A stretch of 64,000 bases of DNA, taken from NCBI GenBank assembly GCA_052168235.1, contig JBQLZK010000020.1, positions 33,333 to 97,332 of the forward strand. The letters run 5' to 3'. A program made the translations under genes and the position numbers. This DNA is from Thainema sp. GTDB taxonomy: Bacteria > Cyanobacteriota > Cyanobacteriia > Phormidesmidales > Phormidesmidaceae. Below the pieces are notes generated by a model. It searched no databases. It was not told the DNA's origin and saw only the letters and a program-made list of their open reading frames with translations. Shown here piece by piece: positions 53,384 to 62,741 of the stretch (positions within the stretch are counted from its first letter, which is position 1; the number at the start of each line of letters is the position of its first letter).

Positions 53384-55324
53384 TTAACAGCGTTGGGAAC
53401 TGGCTGAGATCGCTTCTCGTGCTTCAAACAACAAACGGGCCGCACCTTGGATTTGCTCTAATGGTGTCACGGCACAGGGCAAGCTTGGTAGGCGGACTAG
53501 GGTGTGTTCAGGAAAAACGGCATCTGATAGTTCATGGCTCGTTTCGCAGCGATTATGTACGATGTACCGCTGATGAATGTTCATCATTTGCAAGGAAGCT
53601 GTTAATCGCTGAGCCTCCGCCAACACGGCTGATTGATTTTGTATGACGCCAATAAATTCAGTGTAGGCCGGATCTTGTAATTTTTTCTGTGCTTGAACGA
53701 CCCGCTGCCGCAGATTGCGCAGTCGTCCCATAAAGTCCACCCGACCGACGACGTCCTGATATTTGATCCACAGCTTGAAGATCCAGGCTAGCCAGTCGCT
53801 CAGGGCGGTAGGCATTTCTAGAAATCGCAGTAGATGTCCGGTGGGTGCCGTATCGAGAATGATTAAATCCTGCGCCTGGGTTTCCAGCAGTTCCATGATG
53901 CCAATCAGCGCCAGCATCTCATCGATTCCCGGCAAAGCTTGCGAAACAATCTGTCGCCACGCTTCTGGGCCGTAGGCGATTTGAATCTCGCCGAGTCCAT
54001 TATCGCCGCTCATCATTTCGGCCAGTTCCCAGAGATAGTCTTCCCGAAACTGATCCAGCAGGTTTTTTGCATCCATCTCCTGACCGCTGAGATTAGGTGT
54101 GAGGGTAACTGGATTGTGGCCTAAGGACTGCCCTAACGCGTCTCCCAGAGAATGGGCTGGGTCAATGGAAATAACTCGAATTTGCTTTTGGGGATGACTC
54201 TGGGCGATGCCCCATGCGATCGCAGCTGAAACCGTGGTCTTTCCGACCCCCCCTTTGCCACCCACCAAAATTAGGCGACGACCTTCCTCCAAAAAGTCTG
54301 GAAACCCAGGTGGGATAGGTTCCGGCCAGCGAATGTTAAGCTGACGAGTTTCTGAAACCGCTGATGGATTTGGCGAAAACGAGGTGGCGTGTTGAAAGAG
54401 CTGATCGAGTTCAGTAACCCCTACAGGTTCTTTGGCCTGCTGTAGCGCAATCCAGACCGAGTGAGGCTGAGCAATCTCCACAAATTGCTTGAGCAACGCC
54501 TGTTCAGACACATAGCGCTGATAGTCATCGGGATGAGCTAAAACATGATTCACCCAAACACCACCAATTGGAATTTGCAGCTCATTAAGCGCATCAATAA
54601 AGCGCTGGCTCTCTAGCCAGCTCATCGGTTCGGGAATGGCGACGACCATGCAGGCTGTGCGCTCCGGATCTTGCAGCATGGCCCGCCCCTGAGCCAAGTC
54701 CTGCTTCATATCCTGCAAGAACTGGTCGGCTTCATCGGGTTGATACTTACCTTTGAACCGCTGCACTATGAAGCGGTGCTTTTCCTGAAACAGATCCAGC
54801 GCGGCCAGGAACTGATCGAGAAAGTCCATCAGGCCAAATAGATTGAGCGTATGCCCACTGGGAGCCATGTCTACGACAACCCGATCGGCATCGCCCTCCC
54901 GCAAAATCCGCTGAATTTCCAGGATGCCCATCAGTTCATCCAGTCCCGGCCAACTCAGATCCCACACGGGGCTGAGGTCATCACCTTCGACAAAGCTGCC
55001 GCGTTCGACGAGTAACTCCAGCACGTGGCCGTACTGCTGGCGAAACGATTGCAGGAGCTGCTGTGCGTCCAGTGCCCGCACCTGTAGATTCGGCAGATCG
55101 GCCATCAGACTTGGCGTGTCGTCCACCGCTATTTGCAGCACATCGCCAACCGAGTGGGCTGGATCGGTGGAGATTAACAAAATTTGCTCTTGGGGATACT
55201 GTTGCGCCCAATGGCGGGCAAATCCACAGGACAGCGTCGTCTTGCCGACGCCACCTTTGCCGCTGAACATGGCGAGATTAAGGGCGTTATCAAACTTCAT
55301 AGGACGATCCTGCAATTGCATCAT
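53384..55324 (-). CDS. Tandem-duplicated ArsA/Get3-family ATPase
   Basis: Two GKGGVGKTT motifs, STDPAHS/SIDPAHS, PGLDE/PGIDE, DMAPSGH/DTAPTGH. Confidence 0.9.
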   Translation of the reverse strand: MMQLQDRPMKFDNALNLAMFSGKGGVGKTTLSCGFARHWAQQYPQEQILLISTDPAHSVGDVLQIAVDDTPSLMADLPNLQVRALDAQQLLQSFRQQYGHVLELLVERGSFVEGDDLSPVWDLSWPGLDELMGILEIQRILREGDADRVVVDMAPSGHTLNLFGLMDFLDQFLAALDLFQEKHRFIVQRFKGKYQPDEADQFLQDMKQDLAQGRAMLQDPERTACMVVAIPEPMSWLESQRFIDALNELQIPIGGVWVNHVLAHPDDYQRYVSEQALLKQFVEIAQPHSVWIALQQAKEPVGVTELDQLFQHATSFSPNPSAVSETRQLNIRWPEPIPPGFPDFLEEGRRLILVGGKGGVGKTTVSAAIAWGIAQSHPQKQIRVISIDPAHSLGDALGQSLGHNPVTLTPNLSGQEMDAKNLLDQFREDYLWELAEMMSGDNGLGEIQIAYGPEAWRQIVSQALPGIDEMLALIGIMELLETQAQDLIILDTAPTGHLLRFLEMPTALSDWLAWIFKLWIKYQDVVGRVDFMGRLRNLRQRVVQAQKKLQDPAYTEFIGVIQNQSAVLAEAQRLTASLQMMNIHQRYIVHNRCETSHELSDAVFPEHTLVRLPSLPCAVTPLEQIQGAARLLFEAREAISASSQRC

Positions 55325-55384
55325 GCGATTCGGGAACGCTAAAAACGTCTAGCTATACTGGATGCACCGACGAGGGCAAAGCCG

Positions 55385-57271
55385 ATGAGTGACCTGTTTA
55401 AGGGATTTGAGCAACTGCTAGAGCTGGCCAAAACCCTGGAAGAAAAAGCCGAAAAGGGTGAGCTGAAAGCCGATGTGCGAATCAACTCGCGCACTATGAG
55501 TAGTATTCCCAGACAAGGCAACATTCCCAACGATATCGGTACGGTCAAAATGCGATCGCGCCCAAATGCTACTTCACCAGGCTCCCATCATACTGATGAC
55601 ACGGTGATCGTCACCCCACCCCCAGCGGGTAATCGTAATCAAGCACCTGCTAGCGATTTCAGCTCTGCTCCTTCTGATGCTGAGCCCGATACGCCATCGT
55701 TAAGAGATGTCGGTGGTCTGAGCGAAGTGTTACAGGAACTGCGGGAGCTGATTGAAATTCCGCTCAAGCGTCCCGACTTATTGGCACGACTGGGTTTGGA
55801 ACCGACCCGTGGCGTGTTACTCGTTGGCCCACCGGGAACAGGTAAAACGCTGGCGGCTCGCTCTCTGGCAGAAGAACTGGGCGTGAACTACATTGCGATC
55901 GTCGGCCCGGAAGTGATGGGCAAATATTACGGTGAAGCCGAAGGTAAGCTGCGCAGCATTTTTGAAAAAGCGACTAAAGCGGCACCTTGCCTAGTGTTTA
56001 TTGACGAAATTGACAGCTTGGCCCCCGATCGCAGCAAGGTGGAAGGTGAAGTTGAAAAGCGGCTGGTCGCGCAGTTACTGAGCCTAATGGATGGTTTCGC
56101 TCAAAACAATGGCGTGATTGTCCTGGCGGCGACCAATCGGCCTGATCACCTCGATCCAGCGCTGCGTCGTCCCGGTAGACTCGACCGCGAAGTGCAGTTT
56201 CGCGTCCCCGATCGCAACGGTCGCCTAGAAATTTTGCACATCCTCACCCGCAAAATGCCGCTGGCTCAGGATGTCAGCCTAGATGAAATTGCTGACTTGT
56301 CTGTTGGGCTAGTCGGTGCTGATCTAAAAGCACTCTGTCAGAAAGCGGCTTACTTGGCTCTGCGTCGTCAGGTGCCGTCACTCAACAGCCCAATTCCTGA
56401 TGTCATGACCGTTACGCAGGCGGAATTTCTCGAAGCAATCAAGGCAATTAAACCTTCTGCGCTGCGGGCAGTCGAAGTCGAAACGCCCCATGTGAAATGG
56501 GAGGATATCGGCGGTCTAGACGATACGAAGCAAGTGCTTCAGGAGTCTGTGGAAGGGGCACTGCTCTATCCCGATCTGTATCGTTCGACCGGGGCAAAGG
56601 CACCGAAAGGCATCCTCCTCTGGGGGCCACCCGGAACGGGCAAAACGCTGCTGGCCAAAGCGGTCGCCGCTCAAGCTCGTGCTAACTTCATTTCCGTCAA
56701 AGGCCCAGAGCTGATGAGTCGCTGGGTGGGTGCTGCCGAACAGGCCGTGCGGGAACTGTTTACCAAAGCGCGGCAGGCGTCTCCCTGCGTGGTGTTTATC
56801 GACGAAATTGACACGCTAGCCCCCGCACGGGGACAGGCCAATGGCGATTCTGGCGTGAGCGATCGCGTTGTAGGTCAGCTGCTAACCGAACTTGACGGTA
56901 TGCAGGATTGCCCCAATCTTATCCTGATTGGCACGACGAATCGCCGTGATGCCCTCGATCCAGCCCTACTACGAGCTGGACGCCTAGATTTGCAACTCAA
57001 AGTGGATTTGCCTAATCAAGATAGCCGCTTGGCGATTCTCAACGTCCATAACCAAGACCGTCCGTTGCAGGCTGTGGACCTAGCGCTCTGGGCAGAACGA
57101 ACAGAAGGCTGGAATGGTGCAGATTTGGCACTGTTGAGCAATCAAGCAGCACTAGAAGCCGTTCGTCGCTACCGTGCACTAGGCCAAGACGATCCAAGCC
57201 AAATTTACATTGACGCCAACGATTTTGAACAAGCATATCAAGCGCTACGTGCACACCGCTCAGGACTCTAA
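55385..57271 (+). CDS. Cdc48/VCP-like double AAA+ ATPase with short atypical N-terminus
   Basis: Two GPPGTGKT and two FIDEID motifs; DPALRRPGRLD and DPALLRAGRLD. Confidence 0.92.
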   Translation: MSDLFKGFEQLLELAKTLEEKAEKGELKADVRINSRTMSSIPRQGNIPNDIGTVKMRSRPNATSPGSHHTDDTVIVTPPPAGNRNQAPASDFSSAPSDAEPDTPSLRDVGGLSEVLQELRELIEIPLKRPDLLARLGLEPTRGVLLVGPPGTGKTLAARSLAEELGVNYIAIVGPEVMGKYYGEAEGKLRSIFEKATKAAPCLVFIDEIDSLAPDRSKVEGEVEKRLVAQLLSLMDGFAQNNGVIVLAATNRPDHLDPALRRPGRLDREVQFRVPDRNGRLEILHILTRKMPLAQDVSLDEIADLSVGLVGADLKALCQKAAYLALRRQVPSLNSPIPDVMTVTQAEFLEAIKAIKPSALRAVEVETPHVKWEDIGGLDDTKQVLQESVEGALLYPDLYRSTGAKAPKGILLWGPPGTGKTLLAKAVAAQARANFISVKGPELMSRWVGAAEQAVRELFTKARQASPCVVFIDEIDTLAPARGQANGDSGVSDRVVGQLLTELDGMQDCPNLILIGTTNRRDALDPALLRAGRLDLQLKVDLPNQDSRLAILNVHNQDRPLQAVDLALWAERTEGWNGADLALLSNQAALEAVRRYRALGQDDPSQIYIDANDFEQAYQALRAHRSGL

Positions 57272-57295
57272 ATTATTGATAATTAGTTAGCTTGG

Positions 57296-57327
57296 CAGGT
57301 TGGATTTCGCATTTGAAACCCAACCTG
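57296..57327. repeat. REP-like hairpin between convergent genes
   Basis: CAGGTTGGATTTC...GAAACCCAACCTG, related to the 8041 REP. Confidence 0.55.
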
Positions 57328-57339
57328 TTGATTGCCATA

Positions 57340-58758
57340 TTATGTTCCAAAGAGTTGATCCTGTGTCACCTGCTTAGACCTGGAGAAAATTCGATACTGC
57401 TCTAATTCACTTAGAGGAATTAAATGATTTAATTGTTTGCTAGTTGCGGCTTTTTTAGTGTGTACAACGCTATATTCAATGTTGCCTGTATGGATCGTAA
57501 AAACAATATTAAATACCTCAAAGAAGCTAATCGGATTTTTAATTTCTGAACCGTCGCTTCTTTCTTCTAGCTTTTCATAAAACTGAACCAGCTTACCAAT
57601 TCGGGACTCTAGCTGTGATGCAGTATTACGGCAAATTAGATGTATTTTCAATAACAGTGTGATTAGGGCAAAGGGATGCTGATGTGACAGCAGCTTAAAA
57701 AGAGTAGATGGGCTTTTCCGATCTTCTACTGTGAGATAGTCAATCAATCGATTACAAGTACGCAGCAGCAACGCATCGTCAATCAGGTTTTCATGATGAC
57801 TGGTGTATAGTACACCCAATTTTGCTTCAATATCTGCGATCGCTTGTTCCACTAGCGCTACTTGAGGCAAACCAAATGTTAAGTACTTGATCAAGCTAGT
57901 TTTAAAGTTTTTATATTTGAACTGAGTAGTTTGCTTCAAGAAAATATTGGCTAAGTTTTCATGACTGAATGTACCGCGCCGCAGAGTGATGAGTTTAATT
58001 AAGCGCAGAACTTCATCGCCCATTCCGGTTGGATTTCTAGGAACAGCGCATTCCAATTTAGAAGAGGCTTGAGATTTAGCAATGTACATGGCCAGATCAA
58101 ATCGAAACTGATTTTTCAACATTAATGCTCTGTTGCGAGCAGCTTCCTGCTGCTCAATCGGATTATCTAAATCAGTAGACTGGGCCATTAACCGATAGAA
58201 GGCATAGCGGTCTGCCCAATGCTGGTTCTGTGCATCAGCTTGATTGTCCTGCTTGAGACGACGCGATACAAACGTCTGTAAATCCTGATAGTCTTGACTA
58301 TTGATAAAGTTGAACAGCCATGTTCGGAGACGTTGCAGTGAACCCGCGATCGCAGGGCGTAAAATTACTGGATCTTGAAACAAATCGACTAGCTGCTGAA
58401 TGGCCTGATGCTGCCGTTTTGTTTCCCAATTATTAATCAAGATATAGCAAGAGCGCTTTAGCGTGTACCGAAACTGGTGCTCTTGATTGGCAAATATAAT
58501 TTCATGTACAGCAGCCGAAACCTCGGAGCTTTCATTACAGCCGCCAGTATAGATAAAAATTCGCTTAAACTCATCGAGAGTAACATCAGGAGAGTTGGCT
58601 TTAACTGAATTCAATAGGAACCGATAGATCAATTCTTGAGCTTTATTGAGATTGATAATTCTAGGGTTTTGTGGCTGTGCTTCAGTTATGAACGCTGTAC
58701 TGTCTTCTAGGGTGGTATTGCTCTGAATAATCGTTGTATCGTTTTGACCTGCAACCAT
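57340..58758 (-). CDS. Hypothetical helical protein
   Basis: 472-aa ORF in AT-richer DNA; no recognisable catalytic motif. Confidence 0.75.
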   Translation of the reverse strand: MVAGQNDTTIIQSNTTLEDSTAFITEAQPQNPRIINLNKAQELIYRFLLNSVKANSPDVTLDEFKRIFIYTGGCNESSEVSAAVHEIIFANQEHQFRYTLKRSCYILINNWETKRQHQAIQQLVDLFQDPVILRPAIAGSLQRLRTWLFNFINSQDYQDLQTFVSRRLKQDNQADAQNQHWADRYAFYRLMAQSTDLDNPIEQQEAARNRALMLKNQFRFDLAMYIAKSQASSKLECAVPRNPTGMGDEVLRLIKLITLRRGTFSHENLANIFLKQTTQFKYKNFKTSLIKYLTFGLPQVALVEQAIADIEAKLGVLYTSHHENLIDDALLLRTCNRLIDYLTVEDRKSPSTLFKLLSHQHPFALITLLLKIHLICRNTASQLESRIGKLVQFYEKLEERSDGSEIKNPISFFEVFNIVFTIHTGNIEYSVVHTKKAATSKQLNHLIPLSELEQYRIFSRSKQVTQDQLFGT

Positions 58759-58784
58759 TTTTGCACCTTCATGTACAAATTACA

Positions 58785-58881
58785 TGAAATCCGGTAGAAA
58801 ACCCATTATTAATTTTTTGTGAAACGCTTGCCAAGCAAGCGTTTCACAAAAAATTAATCGGGTTCTCATACACGGATTTGA
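58785..58881. mobile_element. ~100-bp MITE family A copy (diverged)
   Basis: AAATCCG/CGGATTT ends; 24-bp perfect inner arms ATTAATTTTTTGTGAAACGCTTGC-CAA-GCAAGCGTTTCACAAAAAATTAAT. Confidence 0.75.
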
Positions 58882-59240
58882 TATATTCCTGATTGACGGA
58901 CTCGACATCAGAGCTATTGTATCCTTGGCGTATTTCTATAGCACTTATAAATACTCAGGGTTCCGTCCTAGTTTAGCCTAACCATACAAGGTGACTCATC
59001 TAGCCTATAGTCGAAAATTTTGATAGTTAGTTTATATTTTCAAGCACGATTTGAAATTATTACTAATATTCTTTGACCCGGTTTCTTAGCTCAATTTTTC
59101 GCTAATTTTTCAGCATTCTTACGTAAGAAGCTGTGGAAAATTAGGTGATTTTCGGCAAATTATTTAATGTTGAAAATGTTAAGCATCACAAGAATTGCGT
59201 AGGGCTAAATACTTATTGCGATCGCAGTTTTTCAGCACCT

Positions 59241-59284
59241 AAAAAGCGAGAGGCCCGACGGGTCTCACCCATCAGCCCTCTCAC
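59241..59284 (-). terminator. Intrinsic terminator of leuA
   Basis: Minus strand GTGAGAGGGCTGATGGGT-GAG-ACCCGTCGGGCCTCTCGC-TTTTT. Confidence 0.75.
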
Positions 59285-59339
59285 CCATCTTTAAAGTTGC
59301 TGTTAGGAAAAAACAGCTTGAATTCACGAATCAGTGAAA

Positions 59340-61001
59340 TTACTGCTTGGGTACAGCCGCTAACCCTCGGTTAACTGCGCTCAGTACAGCCAGTAAGGAT
59401 GCCGTAACGATGCTGCTGTGGATACCGACACCGTGAATCGTGCTCTCCAGCCAGTCCGCCGCGATTTCGACCATTGCGATCGCATTGGCATTACTGCCGT
59501 GACCGATGGCGCGTTCTTCGTAGTTATGCACTCGGATATCCAGATCAAGCGCAGCGACAAAGGCGTCAATTGGGCCATTGCCCGTACCCGTTAACGTGAG
59601 GGATTTGAGATCGCGGATCACCGTTGCCAGCATCGTTGGCACGTCCTCATCATCGCGCCAGTGATGCGACACATACTTGTAGGGCGTCGTCGCACTGAGA
59701 TATTCCCGCTCAAACAGTTCCCACAGCATGGGCGCGGTCATTTCCCGACCGCTGTTGTCCATTTCCCGCTGTACAGTCCGGCTAAACTCAATCTGCAAGC
59801 GGCGCGGCAGGCTCAAGTTGTAGTCGCGCTCCAGCAAAAAGGCAATGCCGCCTTTACCGGACTGGCTGTTGACCCGCACCACGGACTCGTAGGAGCGGCC
59901 CAAGTCGGCTGGATCGACAGGCAAGTAGGGCATGTTCCAGATTTCGTCGGGATTGCGAGCCACAAAGCCCTTGCGAATGGCGTCTTGGTGCGAACCAGAG
60001 AAGGCGGTAAAGACCAGATCGCCCACGTAGGGATGACGAGGATGAATCGGCAACTGGGTACAGTCTTCAACCGTACGTGCCACTTCGTTAATTTGCGAGA
60101 AATCCAAGCCGGGATGAATCCCCTGCGTATACAAATTCAGCGCTAGTGTCACAATATCGACGTTACCTGTGCGCTCGCCGTTGCCAAACAGACAGCCCTC
60201 AACCCGGTCAGCGCCAGCCATTTGGGCTAATTCTGCGGCTGCGATCGCACATCCCCGGTCGTTGTGATTATGCACGCTCAAGGCCACACTGTCCCGATAG
60301 ATCAGCTCACGGTGCATCCACTCCACCTGATCGGCAAACACATTCGGCGTTGAACCTTCCACCGTGGCAGGCAGGTTGATAATTGCCTTCCGATCCGGCG
60401 TTGGCTGCCACACCTCCAGCACCGCATTGCAGATATCGCGGGCAAACTCCAGCTCCGTCTGCGAAAATACCTCCGGCGAATACTGCAAGCGCCACTCGGT
60501 TTCCGGCTGCTCTGCCGCCAACTCACGAATCAGCTTGGCTGCATTGACTGCCAACTCAATCGTCTCCTGCGGATTCTTGCGAAACACCACCCGCCGAAAC
60601 ACCGGAGCCGTCGCGTTGTACACATGCACAATCGCTCGTTTTGCACCGCGTAACGACTCGAACGTGCGCCGAATCAGGTCTTCCCGCGCCTGGGTAAGTA
60701 CCTGAATCTCCACATCATCCGGCACACGCTCTTCTTCAATTAGCGTCCGCACAAACTGAAAGTCGGTCTCCGATGCCGCCGGAAATGCCACTTCAATTTC
60801 CTTGAAGCCAATGGCCACCAGCATCTCGAACATACGCAGCTTTTGCTCCACCGACATTGGCTCAATCAGCGCCTGATTGCCGTCCCGCAAGTCAGTGCTG
60901 AGCCAAATCGGCGGCTGAGTAATGGTGCGATTTGGCCAAGTGCGATCGCGCAATTCGACCGGAGCAAAGGCACGATATTTTTGATTGGGATGAGTCAACA
61001 T
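59340..61001 (-). CDS. leuA: 2-isopropylmalate synthase (LeuA type 2, yeast/actinobacterial-like)
   Basis: [60 protein letters not shown]; start at MLTHPNQKY. Confidence 0.95.
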   Translation of the reverse strand: MLTHPNQKYRAFAPVELRDRTWPNRTITQPPIWLSTDLRDGNQALIEPMSVEQKLRMFEMLVAIGFKEIEVAFPAASETDFQFVRTLIEEERVPDDVEIQVLTQAREDLIRRTFESLRGAKRAIVHVYNATAPVFRRVVFRKNPQETIELAVNAAKLIRELAAEQPETEWRLQYSPEVFSQTELEFARDICNAVLEVWQPTPDRKAIINLPATVEGSTPNVFADQVEWMHRELIYRDSVALSVHNHNDRGCAIAAAELAQMAGADRVEGCLFGNGERTGNVDIVTLALNLYTQGIHPGLDFSQINEVARTVEDCTQLPIHPRHPYVGDLVFTAFSGSHQDAIRKGFVARNPDEIWNMPYLPVDPADLGRSYESVVRVNSQSGKGGIAFLLERDYNLSLPRRLQIEFSRTVQREMDNSGREMTAPMLWELFEREYLSATTPYKYVSHHWRDDEDVPTMLATVIRDLKSLTLTGTGNGPIDAFVAALDLDIRVHNYEERAIGHGSNANAIAMVEIAADWLESTIHGVGIHSSIVTASLLAVLSAVNRGLAAVPKQ

Positions 61002-61065
61002 AGTCACAATCTCTATGAGTTTTCTAGTTATTTGGGATATTTGTGGGTGCTTTAGGGTTACTGAG

Positions 61066-61131
61066 GGGAGGGGAGCAGGGGAGAAAGGGAGAAATAGGCT
61101 CCGTTGCCCCGTCGCCCCCCTGCCCCGTCGC
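61066..61131. repeat. Facing G-rich and C-rich short tandem repeats in the leuA leader (can pair)
   Basis: GGGAGGGGAGCAGGGGAGAAAGGGAGAAA ... GCCCCGTCGCCCCCCTGCCCCGTCGC. Confidence 0.55.
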
Positions 61132-61238
61132 ACTAGTCTCCACTAACGGAAACCACTGCTACAGGCCAGCGCAAAAGCAACAGGTATCTCAGCACCAGCT
61201 CAACAACTATTCAGGGCAGTTTGCCTTTATGTCAAAAA

Positions 61239-61322
61239 TTATTTGCGCCCAAGGCGCAGCAGCAGCCCCAGACCCAGCAATAGGTTGGTTAGGGTGGAGA
61301 GAAGTAGCTGCTGAAATTGCAT
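61239..61322 (-). CDS. Putative leuA leader peptide (27 aa, 12 Leu)
   Basis: Manual translation MQFQQLLLSTLTNLLLGLGLLLRLGRK*; same strand, ~240 bp upstream of leuA. Confidence 0.75.
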   Translation of the reverse strand: MQFQQLLLSTLTNLLLGLGLLLRLGRK

Positions 61323-61399
61323 GAAGGTTGAGTGCAACGTTGAATTCGTTACTGCAATGCTACGCATCGTAACACAAAAAATAAGCCTGTCGAATCGGA

Positions 61400-61603
61400 T
61401 TATTCTTTCGCAGCAATCACCTGCACATCGGCAAAGTCTTCTGCATGGCTGGGTGGAACTAGCTTTACGTCTTGGATTCTAAAATTTGTGGCCATGATCT
61501 CCTGCAAAATCTCGTTGGAATCTCCGATATAGCGAGTTGCAATGCCGTCATCGTGTCGTTTGCGCTGGTAAGCCTGATCCTGCAAGAGATAGTCAGTTTT
61601 CAC
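61400..61603 (-). pseudogene. Short ORF, possibly an internally deleted remnant of a SAM methyltransferase-like gene
   Basis: GTG start with AGGGG RBS; looks like an N-terminus fused to a C-terminal segment (RYIGDSNEILQEIMATNFRI); parent family recalled, not verified. Confidence 0.4.
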
Positions 61604-61659
61604 GCCCCTAATTCCCCTGATCTAATTGGCAACGAGAACTGCGATCGCAGATATTGGAC

Positions 61660-61893
61660 TCAATCTTCAACAATAACGCCTAGATAAAGCCGCACAAATT
61701 CCTTTGCTGCTACGGGATTCAGCATTTTGAGTGCCTGAGTAATCTCAACAATTGTTTCTGAAGACGGTTCTCGTTGATCATGTACCCACTTAAAAACGGC
61801 GGAGCGATCAATTTCGAGCGCAACCGCCAACTTATTTTGGCTGATGCCGTAAGTATCTAGAACCTGTTTTAGCGCTTGACTTGCCCTTCCCAT
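61660..61893 (-). CDS. XRE-family HTH transcriptional regulator
   Basis: MGRASQALKQVL...ISQNKLAVALEIDRSAVFKWVHDQREP. Confidence 0.88.
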   Translation of the reverse strand: MGRASQALKQVLDTYGISQNKLAVALEIDRSAVFKWVHDQREPSSETIVEITQALKMLNPVAAKEFVRLYLGVIVED

Positions 61894-61928
61894 GCCTTTG
61901 ATCGTCGCAAAGGATGGCGAGTGGGTAA

Positions 61929-61987
61929 ATGTTGTCTGAATCGACAACATCAGCTATAGTTCTTTTTGTGGTCGTAAAAGACAACAT
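61929..61987. promoter_or_regulatory. Two palindromic operators flanking a TATAGT -10-like hexamer in the divergent promoter
   Basis: ATGTTGTC-N6-GACAACAT (61929-61950) and TTGTGGTC-N6-GACAACAT (61966-61987). Confidence 0.65.
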
Positions 61988-62002
61988 CAAGGACACACTT
62001 CA

Positions 62003-62242
62003 ATGCAAGAATTCATTCCCAACACAGAAGTCTATTCTGCTCCTCCTGGTAGCTCTGCCCCTGCTGCACCAACGCGTGAACCTGTGTTAATCACAATCGT
62101 CGGCACAGCCACAGGCATCGATTTAGTGGTCAAAATTCTGCATCGTCTCGGCTTTGCCGAAGCCAGAGCCTGGAGCAAACCGCAAATCGATCCCCAAAGC
62201 GGCAAACCCATGCGAGTTCTCACTAAATGGATTCGGTATTAG
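62003..62242 (+). CDS. Small hypothetical protein divergent from the XRE regulator
   Basis: 79 aa; LHRLGFAEARAWSKP motif; AAGGA RBS. Confidence 0.75.
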   Translation: MQEFIPNTEVYSAPPGSSAPAAPTREPVLITIVGTATGIDLVVKILHRLGFAEARAWSKPQIDPQSGKPMRVLTKWIRY

Positions 62243-62445
62243 TCAATGAAGCTGTTTAGATTGGATGTGCGATCGCACTTATCAGCAATTCAGTCGAGGT
62301 TACAGAGTTGTTAGCTGGCTGCTACGGAGATTTGGGTTTGACTTCAAACTCCATCTTGGAACGGTAGAAGCAAACATCAAATTCAAGAAAGAAGTTCGTC
62401 TGACCCGAAATCAATGGGGTGTTTGGGCGCTGTACCTATCATCAA

Positions 62446-62658
62446 TCACTGACTAACATCCGGCTGTTTGAGAGCTTCCATCAAAGCTGCACCTGCTCCA
62501 AAACAATCATATGGAGTGGGTAAGTCATAAGTTTTGAAGGGTTCCAGTGGTGCAATATCCTGAGCCATATCCAAATCCTCAGCCAGAATTCGGATCAGTT
62601 TCAGCTTTTCTATCGCAGAGAGTTGTCGGGCAGCCGGAAGCACTTCAGCAAGCGTCAT
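62446..62658 (-). CDS. Small hypothetical protein (possibly addiction-module-associated)
   Basis: MTLAEVLPAARQLSAIEKLKLIRILAEDL; AAGGA RBS. Confidence 0.7.
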   Translation of the reverse strand: MTLAEVLPAARQLSAIEKLKLIRILAEDLDMAQDIAPLEPFKTYDLPTPYDCFGAGAALMEALKQPDVSQ

Positions 62659-62741
62659 GATTCCTTATCCTCTTCTCAAGAAGTCTACTCTACACCTAGC
62701 TCATCAGGCTTAAAGCAGTTTAGTTCGCTATATCAGCTTTT

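Noticed and set aside
53384..55324. Arsenic-resistance arsA
   Set aside because: Lacks the metal-binding Cys motifs and has no arsB/acr3/arsD/arsR neighbours
61002..61133. 44-aa N-terminal extension of LeuA in the ORF track
   Set aside because: It is translated from G/C-rich tandem repeats; family similarity begins at MLTHPNQKY
61043..61324. 93-aa plus-strand ORF
   Set aside because: Antisense shadow of the Leu-rich leader region; its Gln/Ala richness mirrors the CTG/TTG codons
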